A DNA stretch of 45,125 nucleotides, taken from NCBI GenBank assembly GCA_017444165.1, contig JAFSXH010000154.1, positions 1 to 45,125 on the forward strand, read 5' to 3'. The number at the start of each line of letters is the position of its first letter. Positions within the stretch are counted from its first letter, which is position 1. The stretch is from a bacterium (GTDB lineage Bacteria > Vulcanimicrobiota > Xenobia > Xenobiales > Xenobiaceae). The notes beneath the pieces were generated by a model. It was not told where the DNA came from. It made no database searches and saw only the letters and a program-made list of their open reading frames with translations. This document shows positions 35,320 to 43,708 of the stretch, piece after piece. The translations under genes were made by a program, and so were the position numbers.

Positions 35320-36798
35320 TCAATATAATTGGTAATCAGAAGGGGAATTTTCCGTGCTAGGTATATCTTCCCTCTCTATTAATTTCTTGTAGATTTTGAA
35401 AAATGTATCTACGCGCTCTGAAGATTTTGCATACTCCTTGGCCTGACTTCTCAATTTTTTAGCCAGTTGAGGATCCTGATGTTCTTGAGCGTAACGACTG
35501 GCTTCATCCAAATTTTGCAATTGTTGGCAAAGTTTCTTGACCCTCTTAATGCGCTGATCTGAACTAGGATGAGTACTGAACCAAGTTATGGCTGTTCCCT
35601 TACCCGTCTGTCTTTGATATATTTCTAACTTTTCTAGGGTATTGCTAAAGTCCAGAGGGGAGTAGTCGGCCGCCATACTCAAATATACTGCGTATTCATC
35701 GGCCTCGTATTCTTGTTCACGTGAAAAACCTTTGTTAATTAAATTAATAGCCTGGCGCGATCCAAAATAGCCCCAATAATTTTTATAACTATATCTCAGG
35801 GTCGCTCCCAAGATGTCGCCAATGGTGTTGCGTGTGCCGCTTTTTTGGCTGTGATTGAGAATAATGTGAGCGAATTCGTGGGAGAGAACGGCGGCAAGTT
35901 CATCTTCAGTTTCCAGAAGATTGAGGAGGCCCGAGGTGATAAATATAGGACCTGTACGTACAGACAAGGCTTGAGCTTCATCTGAATCGAGCAGAATAAA
36001 ACTGCAATAGTTAGGAGCGTAACCATTAGCTTTTAAAATATTAGCTCCAACTCTTTGCACTTTTTTTATATTTTCTTCATCCTGACTTATGCGATAACGC
36101 TGTTGGATAGCCTGAGTTGCTTGTTCGGAAATTTTGCGCTCGTAATCATTTCCACTTAGATAAGCACTGTCTTGAGGAAAACACAGTGTACATGATTCAT
36201 ATCCATCTCTTTGAGCTGCTTTAGCACTGGGGTAATGTTTTATGGTGTCGTTGCGTTTTAAATGATTCGCTCCAGGACGATGGTACTTTTTACTCTCAGT
36301 GTTGACTACCACGGGATCAGAATTAAAAGCGCGGGGAGATTTAGCTAGATCGCAGAGCAATTTCAGACTCTCTTTTTCTCCAACTGGTGCTTTCAATTCT
36401 CTGTTCTCTAAAAGTTTAAAATCATACAATTGGCCAATTAAATATTTCTTATCTCTTTTTGTCACTAATATTCGCTGAGGTTGAAATACTTTCGAAGCTA
36501 ATCTCGATTCTGCAAATATGGACAAATTATCGATAAGGAATGCCTTCTCTTCTAGGCTTAAGGCATTTTGATAAGGTTGTTTGAATACATCTTTATAATC
36601 ACTGTCAGAATCAATTACAGATAGTGTTATATCTTGTGGGGGCTGTGTGGGGATCTCTTGCTGAGGAACAGCGGTTGTTTCTACGGGGATGGAATCCTTA
36701 ACATCTCCAGGCAGATCTTCAGGCAATTGAAGTTCTGCTCTGACGGTGGAGGATAATAAGAGGATTATAGACACAAAAAATATACTTTGTTTAAACAT
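35320..36798 (-). CDS. Secreted M48-family zinc metallopeptidase
   Basis: Signal peptide MFKQSIFFVSIILLLSSTVRA. HEFAHIILNH (HExxH) in an M48-like context, with a downstream EYEADEYA-type Glu. Confidence 0.8.
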   Translation of the reverse strand: MFKQSIFFVSIILLLSSTVRAELQLPEDLPGDVKDSIPVETTAVPQQEIPTQPPQDITLSVIDSDSDYKDVFKQPYQNALSLEEKAFLIDNLSIFAESRLASKVFQPQRILVTKRDKKYLIGQLYDFKLLENRELKAPVGEKESLKLLCDLAKSPRAFNSDPVVVNTESKKYHRPGANHLKRNDTIKHYPSAKAAQRDGYESCTLCFPQDSAYLSGNDYERKISEQATQAIQQRYRISQDEENIKKVQRVGANILKANGYAPNYCSFILLDSDEAQALSVRTGPIFITSGLLNLLETEDELAAVLSHEFAHIILNHSQKSGTRNTIGDILGATLRYSYKNYWGYFGSRQAINLINKGFSREQEYEADEYAVYLSMAADYSPLDFSNTLEKLEIYQRQTGKGTAITWFSTHPSSDQRIKRVKKLCQQLQNLDEASRYAQEHQDPQLAKKLRSQAKEYAKSSERVDTFFKIYKKLIEREDIPSTENSPSDYQLY

Positions 36799-36875
36799 AA
36801 CTTGTATTCTAAAAAGTTACTAGCATAAGTCAAATTTTAATAAGCAAGATTTTATAAAATAGCAGAGAAAAAAGA

Positions 36876-37727
36876 ATGGGTTTTGTTGACATGTATGAGT
36901 TAGATGAATTGATAAAAAGTGCCTTAGAGGGGCAGAGGGATGCTCAGATTAGGGTAATCGAATTGTTGAAAAGTGAAGATCCCGATTGTACAAAAGAGAT
37001 CTTAACTCTCTTTCGTGAAGGGAATAAAGAGGCTGCTGAAATCATTGTGCGCACTTTTTACCCTTACGCTGAAAATCTTTTGGTTATGTTGGAAAAGAAG
37101 AACCTTCACCACAAGATCTACTCTTATAATGGTGTCGCCCCTTCGCTGACTACTAATGGCAGTAACAGGGTTAATTTTCTCAACAATTTTTTTCTCAGAT
37201 TTGTCTCTGGTGCTGCGAATTTAAATCTCGATGAAGGTATAAAGATTTATATCTTTCGTTCACTGATGAGTAATTATGACGATAAGAGTCGCAGTAATGC
37301 AGCTTTTAGTATTCCTAAAGAAGTTGAAAAACCGAGATTAACAGGCATATCTTTGGCTACAAAAGGACCAGTTAAAGAAGGACGTATTAAAGAGGAGAAG
37401 ACTAGAGATTTATCTAGACCAGGCAGTGGTCTTTCTAGGTATGGTGGGGTGACTTCTTCTGTTGCGAGAGCTAAGGTTACTCCCAATACCAACGAGAGAG
37501 ATAATAAAGATGTTAAAATGGTAACTAGTAAGAGGGTGCGCAGTGTCGTCAGTGCGCTCTCCGATCTGGCCCAAAAAGATCTTTACGCTTATCGTGTGTT
37601 GTCCTTGCGTTATTTTGTCGGTCGTACTTTCTCTCAACTTTGTAATGATTTTGGTGTAGAACATTCTTCCGAGATTGGTTTAAAATTGTTAGATGGTCTA
37701 CTTTTCATAGATAAAAATTCTGTTTAA
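36876..37727 (+). CDS. Highly divergent sigma-70/ECF-like protein (tentative)
   Basis: The N-terminus LIKSALEGQRDAQIRVIELL resembles the start of ECF region 2. The C-terminus LAQKDLYAYRVLSLRYFVGRTFSQLCNDFGVEHSSEIGLKLLDGL resembles a region 4 HTH. A long Lys/Ser-rich linker separates them. A ZAS-type anti-sigma-like gene follows. Confidence 0.35.
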   Translation: MGFVDMYELDELIKSALEGQRDAQIRVIELLKSEDPDCTKEILTLFREGNKEAAEIIVRTFYPYAENLLVMLEKKNLHHKIYSYNGVAPSLTTNGSNRVNFLNNFFLRFVSGAANLNLDEGIKIYIFRSLMSNYDDKSRSNAAFSIPKEVEKPRLTGISLATKGPVKEGRIKEEKTRDLSRPGSGLSRYGGVTSSVARAKVTPNTNERDNKDVKMVTSKRVRSVVSALSDLAQKDLYAYRVLSLRYFVGRTFSQLCNDFGVEHSSEIGLKLLDGLLFIDKNSV

Positions 37728-37740
37728 CTCAGAGGACGGG

Positions 37741-39300
37741 ATGAATCATATGATTGTTAGGACTAAGGTTAAAGCTCCCGATTGTTGTAGCAATGATTAT
37801 ATCAGAGCTATGTTGGTTCCTTATGCTGAGAGGACTTTGTCTAGAGCCAATAGAGCTGAAGTTGATGAACACTTACAAGAGTGTCCTTACTGTAAAGAAG
37901 ATGTTAAGCGCATTTTGGGTGTGCTTTACCCTTTGGCAGAAATATCTAAAGAAAAGTCCAAACCTGTGTTTGAGGATCATCCTTCTCACAGTGATCTCTA
38001 TCTGTATATTATTAATCCTGAACAGCTCAGTGAAGATAATAGGCGTGATGTTTATCTGCACTCGTTATTGTGCGCCGCCTGTCGTGAAGAGTTAGGTTTT
38101 ATAAAACAGATAGATAAAGATTTTCTCAATTTACCTCCTGCTGATAGTGTGGCTTGGACTTTACCCAAAGAGTTGAATAAAGCTATCTATCCTCCAGTTG
38201 CCTCTCATGTTTCTGATCTTGAGGAAACTTCAGTTGAAGAGACTGAGGGAGAAGTTTATTGGTTGGATCGTTTACTTGCTTTGTTACAAAAGATAAATTT
38301 GCGTTTGGGGATCATTGTGGGAGTTTCTCTTTTAATTGTCTTTTGTGGCTTGTATTTTGTAATGTGCAATTCTGACAATTCCGATGAAGTTGAAAAGGGA
38401 GAATTGCCAGTTAATAGTCCGCTCAATTATACTGCTGATGATAAGGATTGGTCTAAATTAAAACTTGATAATATTAATTTGGAAAAGGCAAAGACAACTT
38501 TAGATAGAGCTAAGATAATTTCACGTGTCTCTGGCAATACTTTGGTAGTTAAACATGCTGATTACAACAAGGCTTCGCGGATAATTGAAAAGCTCGTCGC
38601 TACAGAGAGAACTCGTGCCAAAGAGATAGTCGTTGTCAAAGATGAAGCTGACAAACTGCCTAGCGGTACTGAAAACAATGAGGTTGCGCATAGTGAAGTG
38701 GAGGAACTTGAGACAGAAACTGTTGCAAAGACAGAAGAGCAAGTGGAAGTTTTCAGTGCAGAAAAGTCTAATGGTTATCAATCAGAGCCAGAAACTAAAA
38801 AAGTTGAGGAAGAGAATTCTATATTAAAACCTGTCTATAGGGCTAAACCTGTTAAAGCTAGACCTAAAGCTAAAGCTGTAGCAGTGAATGCTAAATCTAA
38901 TGTCTCTCCTGCACCGAAGGTTGAAGCTAGAAAGACTGATCATATTACAAGTAGTGTAAAAGAACAAACAACAAAAGAGAAGAGAGAAGAATCTATTGTT
39001 GTGGAGACACCAGCAGTGGAGAGCGTAGTTACTTCCAATAATCCCGAGGGAGTACCAGTACCTGTATCTGTTCCTACGGTTGTGACTGATTCGAGTGTTG
39101 CCTCTAAGGTACAACCTGAACCAGAGGTCATCCATCTCAATGAAGATGTTAATGTTCAATCAGAGCGCAAGCCAGTTATAAATGCTGATGAACATGTAGA
39201 AATTAACACTGCGCCAACAAAGGCTCCTCAAGAATTTACTACTGGTGGTAATAAGTACGATTCTTCCGATAATATTATCAATAAAGAGATAATAGAGTGA
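37741..39300 (+). CDS. Anti-sigma-like membrane protein with two tandem zf-HC2 (HxxxCxxC) motifs and a long low-complexity exodomain
   Basis: HLQECPYC (aa 44-51) and HSLLCAAC (aa 107-114). TM segment LRLGIIVGVSLLIVFCGLYFVMC. The C-terminal ~300 aa are Glu/Lys/Val/Pro-rich. Confidence 0.6.
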   Translation: MNHMIVRTKVKAPDCCSNDYIRAMLVPYAERTLSRANRAEVDEHLQECPYCKEDVKRILGVLYPLAEISKEKSKPVFEDHPSHSDLYLYIINPEQLSEDNRRDVYLHSLLCAACREELGFIKQIDKDFLNLPPADSVAWTLPKELNKAIYPPVASHVSDLEETSVEETEGEVYWLDRLLALLQKINLRLGIIVGVSLLIVFCGLYFVMCNSDNSDEVEKGELPVNSPLNYTADDKDWSKLKLDNINLEKAKTTLDRAKIISRVSGNTLVVKHADYNKASRIIEKLVATERTRAKEIVVVKDEADKLPSGTENNEVAHSEVEELETETVAKTEEQVEVFSAEKSNGYQSEPETKKVEEENSILKPVYRAKPVKARPKAKAVAVNAKSNVSPAPKVEARKTDHITSSVKEQTTKEKREESIVVETPAVESVVTSNNPEGVPVPVSVPTVVTDSSVASKVQPEPEVIHLNEDVNVQSERKPVINADEHVEINTAPTKAPQEFTTGGNKYDSSDNIINKEIIE

Positions 39301-40211
39301 TCGCAAAAATAGAAGATCTGCAAGCTAGTTCAGATCATTTGAATATCGAATCTCCTTTTTCTTTAGATCTCCATTTGGGTGATGTTGTCACAATACTTTC
39401 TCAAGATACTTTAAGCGTCAATGATTTTATGACTGTTTTAAGGGGGCGGGGAGTTAATTTCTCTGGAAAAATTGAGATAAAAGGCCACGATATAAGCGAA
39501 AAAGATACATATCTATATTACAATTGGGTTCCTACTGTGTCAGAAGACAATTTAATTAGTTTGACCGTTGAGCAATATCTAAATTTTTCTGCGGAACTTT
39601 ACGGTATAGATCTCCATTATCGTCCTTATTTGATTAATGAAAGTTTAATTTTAACTAATACTCAAGAGTACAGAGATTCTGTCATAGGTGCGGTTAAGGA
39701 TGTTTTTATTCTAAAAAAGATAGAATTAGCCAGGGCTTTGGTTTCCAATCCTTACGTTATATTTATAGAAGATCTCTTTCAGGGAGCCTATGAAGATAAA
39801 CGCAAGTCTGATATTGTGCAGATTTTGCAGAATATTCGCAATACTGGGTGTAGCTTGGTAGTTGGAGTTGATAGTTTAGAATTTATCAAAAATATTACTA
39901 GTAAGATTATTTTTTTTGTGGATAACAATATCTTTCTCTCTGGTGAATTTAAAGATCTTCAACAGGAGTTAGATAAATACAAATTAGTGCAAATCCAGCT
40001 TTTAGAAGATAGTCTGAATAATATGTTAGACATTTTAGAAGCTAAAGATAATATTTGGGAGATTTGGCAGCACGAGGATGATCCTGGTGTTTTGAAATTC
40101 ATTTTTAGGGGAGAAGATAAGGATTTGACAGATCTTTTACAAGAAGCTGTCAATAAAAAATGTGGCATTGTTTCTTGTTACAGTTTGGATAAGTTCTGGG
40201 GGCGTTATTGA
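39297..40211 (+). CDS. ABC-ATPase-like protein with all catalytic motifs degenerate (pseudo-ATPase)
   Basis: GTG start overlapping the upstream TGA (GTGA). ABC-fold landmarks are recognisable (LHLGDVVTIL, KIEIKGHDIS, LTVEQYLNFSAELYG, IELARALVSNPYVIFIED). The Walker A position reads SQDTLSVND, and the signature, Walker B and H-loop are non-consensus. Confidence 0.55.
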   Translation: MIAKIEDLQASSDHLNIESPFSLDLHLGDVVTILSQDTLSVNDFMTVLRGRGVNFSGKIEIKGHDISEKDTYLYYNWVPTVSEDNLISLTVEQYLNFSAELYGIDLHYRPYLINESLILTNTQEYRDSVIGAVKDVFILKKIELARALVSNPYVIFIEDLFQGAYEDKRKSDIVQILQNIRNTGCSLVVGVDSLEFIKNITSKIIFFVDNNIFLSGEFKDLQQELDKYKLVQIQLLEDSLNNMLDILEAKDNIWEIWQHEDDPGVLKFIFRGEDKDLTDLLQEAVNKKCGIVSCYSLDKFWGRY

Positions 40212-40242
40212 AAATGTTCTAAAGAGAAGGAGAAGCAGGGAT

Positions 40243-40260
40243 CCCGTGGAAGCCCGTGGA
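40243..40260 (+). repeat. Tandem direct repeat CCCGTGGA with 10-bp period in a 183-nt leader
   Basis: cccgtgga at 40243-40250 and again at 40253-40260. Confidence 0.4.
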
Positions 40261-40394
40261 GTTCTAAGTGTAGTGATTTTAGTTGTACACGTAATGTTGG
40301 AAAGTGTGCAGTTGAGTTCACTTCGGGGGCTATTGTAGGTCCCAACCATTTTAGATGGCCCTTGAGGGTCGAGAAAGCGAGTGGAGTAGGCTAA

Positions 40395-40919
40395 ATGAAT
40401 AAGTTCTCAGCCAAACTCTTCCTGCTGGCTACTTTGTCGCTAGGTTGCCTGGCGGTAGGTACGCCAGCTATGGCGGAAAAAACTGTAAATGTGAATACTG
40501 ACAATGGCCCTTATGTTTACAGTGTCTATCAGTATCCTTCATACAATACGAGCTTCTTCTTCTATCAGAATAGCTACGTAGAGTTTGATGTTAAGAATGG
40601 TAAGTTCTGGATGATTGAGGCTCCTAAGTTCAACCTCAGCAATGACCGCACCAGTAGCAGGCCCAATTTGTGGAACTTTGGTGGTAATCCTTATCACAGC
40701 GTAGATGATTTCACCGTCACCTTCTATTCTCCAGAAGGCAAGGTTATTGGTTCTAGGAGCAATGCTAAGTCTGGTGACACGTATAGTTTCCCACGTTGTG
40801 GTGAAAATTATGACAAGGTTCGTGTTCGCATTGAGTCCAGAGCTGATCGTAACATCGATGCCAAGTTTATCATTTGGGAAGCTGTGAATCCAGTTATGGC
40901 CAAACCCTTGGAGAAGTAA
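40395..40919 (+). CDS. Small secreted protein of unknown function
   Basis: Signal peptide MNKFSAKLFLLATLSLGCLAVGTPAMAEK. The mature part is aromatic- and Asn-rich and probably beta-rich. Length 174 aa. Confidence 0.7.
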   Translation: MNKFSAKLFLLATLSLGCLAVGTPAMAEKTVNVNTDNGPYVYSVYQYPSYNTSFFFYQNSYVEFDVKNGKFWMIEAPKFNLSNDRTSSRPNLWNFGGNPYHSVDDFTVTFYSPEGKVIGSRSNAKSGDTYSFPRCGENYDKVRVRIESRADRNIDAKFIIWEAVNPVMAKPLEK

Positions 40920-40950
40920 TTCTTTCGCTTTTTTTCTTCTTTGATTTTAG

Positions 40951-40991
40951 CGGGTTGAGCTAGTTTGTTGGCTAGTGAACCCGTTTTTTTT
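40951..40991 (+). terminator. Rho-independent terminator
   Basis: Stem cgggtt..ctag / ctag..aacccg with an internal loop, followed by T8. Confidence 0.7.
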
Positions 40992-41075
40992 ATTGTTTGC
41001 TAAGTTAATTCTAACGTAATTAAAATATTTATTATGTATAATACGAGCAGATTTTTTCTGAATGGGGTTTTATTT

Positions 41076-43010
41076 ATGTCTGCTCAGACTTATGAATTTC
41101 AAGCTCAAGCAAAACAATTATTGAACTTAGTTATCAATTCTATTTACTCTAACAAAGAGATCTTTTTGCGTGAATTGCTCTCTAACGCTTCAGATGCTTT
41201 GGACAAGTTGCGGTTAGCTTCGGTACAAGATTCTGAACTTAATGTTGATACTTCTGATCTTCATATTGAAATTGAACGTGATGAGAAAGAGCGCGTTTTG
41301 AAGGTAATCGACAATGGTATCGGTATGAATTCTGAAGAGTTACAGGGATTGATCGGTACTATTGCTCGCTCTGGGACGGCGGAGTTCTTGGCTAAGGCTA
41401 GTGAGAGTAAGACGGCTACTTCAGAACTTATTGGTCAGTTTGGTGTCGGTTTCTATTCTGTCTTTATGGTAGCTAAGAAGGCCGTAATTGAAACACGTAA
41501 AGCTGGTGAAGAGGAAGGGTATCGTTGGGAATCTACTGGTGACGGCACTTACTCTATTGAAGAGGCGGGTAGTTTGCCACAGGGTACAGCGATCACTCTT
41601 TACTTGAAGGATGTCGATGAAGAGAATGAGGTCGCCGATTACACTCAAGAATGGACTATTCGCGATCTCGTCAAGAGGTATTCCGATTTTATCTCTTATC
41701 CGATCAGGATGTTGGTTACTAAACATGAAGAGATCCCCGCTGATAAAGAGGGTGAAGAACCTCAACATGTGGACAAAGAGGTTATGGAAACTATCAACTC
41801 TATGAAAGCTCTGTGGGCTCGTTCAGAGAGTGAGGTAGATAAGAAGGAATATAACGAATTTTATCGCCGCATATCTTATGATTGGCAAGATCCTCTTAAG
41901 ACTATCGTTTACAAAGGAGAGGGAACCTTTGAATTTCAGTCGATCCTTTTCATACCCGCTAAAGCTCCTTTCGATCTTTACATGCCTGAACGGCACAAGA
42001 GCGGCATTCAACTTTACGTCAAGCGTGTCTTTATTATGGATGATTGTGAGGATCTCGTTCCGCCCTATCTTCGTTTCTTGCGCGGCGTAGTCGATGCTAG
42101 TGATCTCTCTTTGAATATCTCCCGTGAGATTTTGCAGAAGAATCGACAGATTCACGCCATAAATAAGGGTATAGTGCGCAAAGTTTTAGATACTTTGAAG
42201 AGCATGCTCAAAGATGAACCTGAAGAGTATCGCAAATTCTGGAACGAGTTCGGCAGAGTTATTAAAGAGGGACTTTACAACGATCCCGCCCAAAAGGATA
42301 GAATATTAGATATACTCTTGGTGAATTCTACCCACTCCAGCGATTTGACAACCCTTGAGGATTATATTTCTCGCATGCCAGAAGGGCAGAAGGATATTTA
42401 CTACATCGTTGGTGAGAATAGGGCCGTTTTAGAAAAAGCTCCGCAGATGGAGATGTTCCGCGCTAAAGGTATTGAGGTCTTAATTTTGAGCGATCCTATA
42501 GATAGTATATGGGTTGAGACTGTCTCTGAGTATAAAGATAAGAAGTTTAAGTCTGTATTGCGCGGAGAGATCGATCTTGGTGATGAAGCTGAAAAGAAAG
42601 CTAAGGAAGAGAAACTCTCTGAACAGAAGAAGGATTTGGCCGATCTTTTAACTTCTATGACCGATAATTTGAAAGACAGAGTGAAGGAGGTTCGCCTCTC
42701 CAGCAGGTTGACAGATTCACCCGCCTGTTTGGTCTCTGACGAGAATGATCCTAGTCCATCAGTGGAGAGAATCATGAAGGCTATGGGGCAAGATATGCCT
42801 TCCATTAAGAGGATCTTGGAACTTAACCCTGAGCATCCCATCATTAAGCGCATGCACGAGCTTTTCAAAGAAGAGAGTAGGCGCGAGGAGGTACAAGATG
42901 TGGCTTCTCTGCTTTACGATCAAGCTGTGTTAGCTGAAGGTGGAGAGATAACCGATCCCAATAGCTTCGCGGATAGGTTGAGCAAGGTTTTGATTAAGGC
43001 CTTAGGTTAA
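41076..43010 (+). CDS. htpG: Molecular chaperone HtpG (Hsp90)
   Basis: YEFQAQAKQLLNLVINSIYSNKEIFLRELLSNASDALDKLR, GQFGVGFYS, and Hsp90-like sequence along the full length. I prefer the ATG at 41076 (MSAQTYEF). The listed ATG at 41034 lies directly next to a TATAAT at 41037-41042. Confidence 0.95.
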   Translation: MSAQTYEFQAQAKQLLNLVINSIYSNKEIFLRELLSNASDALDKLRLASVQDSELNVDTSDLHIEIERDEKERVLKVIDNGIGMNSEELQGLIGTIARSGTAEFLAKASESKTATSELIGQFGVGFYSVFMVAKKAVIETRKAGEEEGYRWESTGDGTYSIEEAGSLPQGTAITLYLKDVDEENEVADYTQEWTIRDLVKRYSDFISYPIRMLVTKHEEIPADKEGEEPQHVDKEVMETINSMKALWARSESEVDKKEYNEFYRRISYDWQDPLKTIVYKGEGTFEFQSILFIPAKAPFDLYMPERHKSGIQLYVKRVFIMDDCEDLVPPYLRFLRGVVDASDLSLNISREILQKNRQIHAINKGIVRKVLDTLKSMLKDEPEEYRKFWNEFGRVIKEGLYNDPAQKDRILDILLVNSTHSSDLTTLEDYISRMPEGQKDIYYIVGENRAVLEKAPQMEMFRAKGIEVLILSDPIDSIWVETVSEYKDKKFKSVLRGEIDLGDEAEKKAKEEKLSEQKKDLADLLTSMTDNLKDRVKEVRLSSRLTDSPACLVSDENDPSPSVERIMKAMGQDMPSIKRILELNPEHPIIKRMHELFKEESRREEVQDVASLLYDQAVLAEGGEITDPNSFADRLSKVLIKALG

Positions 43011-43025
43011 GGGCTTGCAGGTTGT

Positions 43026-43068
43026 GAGGCTGTGTAGAAAGTTTTGTTGTTTTACTCTACACAGTCTC
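43026..43068 (+). terminator. Long hairpin after htpG without a T-tract
   Basis: A 13-bp stem gaggctgtgtaga / tctacacagtctc (one G-U pair) with a 17-nt T-rich loop. No U-run follows. Confidence 0.35.
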
Positions 43069-43186
43069 ATCTGCCAATACTAAGGACAGTACCACTTAGT
43101 TCCGTTCTTTTGTTTGAAAGAGGAGGGGAGGAGGGGAGTTGAAAGAAAAAACGCCCCCTGCATATATCTAGAGGAGCTTCCTTTCA

Positions 43187-43684
43187 ATGTTTTGTGTCAA
43201 GTGCGGTTTTGCTAATAAAGATGAAGATAGGATCTGTCAAAAGTGTGGAGCTACTCTACCCCGTTTTATTTCTGAAACAAAAGAAGAACCTAAAGAGGTC
43301 GTCAATATAAACGAGCGTTTGCAGTTGTTTGAAGATGCAGTGAGCAAGTTGAAGGGCGGGCAACTCACTATAGATGGTTTTGCAGAATTTTTAGACAAAA
43401 TCTCTGCAGTTTTAGCTGAAAAGGAAGCTGGCATACGCTCTATCGAGATCCCTGAGGAAGCTATAGATGATTTTAAAGAAGAATTAGATACTGGCTTTGA
43501 AGGGATTGCACTTTACAACAGTGGTATAGCTAGCATGTATGCTTATATAGAAGATTTAGATGAGACTCTTTTGGATGAGGGACTAGATAAGGTTCGTTTG
43601 GGCAACGAGCGCATCAATGAGGCTATGCGCATAAATAGGGAAAACAGAGAAAAGCTTGAGGGTAACGAGCGCAATATGCTCTAG
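43187..43684 (+). CDS. Zinc-ribbon protein with an acidic helical C-terminal domain
   Basis: N-terminal C-x2-C...C-x2-C (CVKCGFANKDEDRICQKCG). Length 165 aa. Confidence 0.6.
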   Translation: MFCVKCGFANKDEDRICQKCGATLPRFISETKEEPKEVVNINERLQLFEDAVSKLKGGQLTIDGFAEFLDKISAVLAEKEAGIRSIEIPEEAIDDFKEELDTGFEGIALYNSGIASMYAYIEDLDETLLDEGLDKVRLGNERINEAMRINRENREKLEGNERNML

Positions 43685-43708
43685 CTCGTCCCCTCAGTGT
43701 AATCAAAT

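Noticed and set aside
41034-41075. Upstream ATG start for HtpG, adding MYNTSRFFLNGVLF.
   Set aside because: Hsp90 homology starts at MSAQTYEF (ATG at 41076). A TATAAT hexamer (41037-41042) begins immediately after the upstream ATG, so that ATG more likely lies in the promoter.
43122-43137. The GGAGGGGAGGAGGGGA tract considered as a G-quadruplex element.
   Set aside because: Two of its G-runs are only two bases long, so at most a weak two-tetrad structure could form. Its position just upstream of start codons fits a Shine-Dalgarno-like role better.
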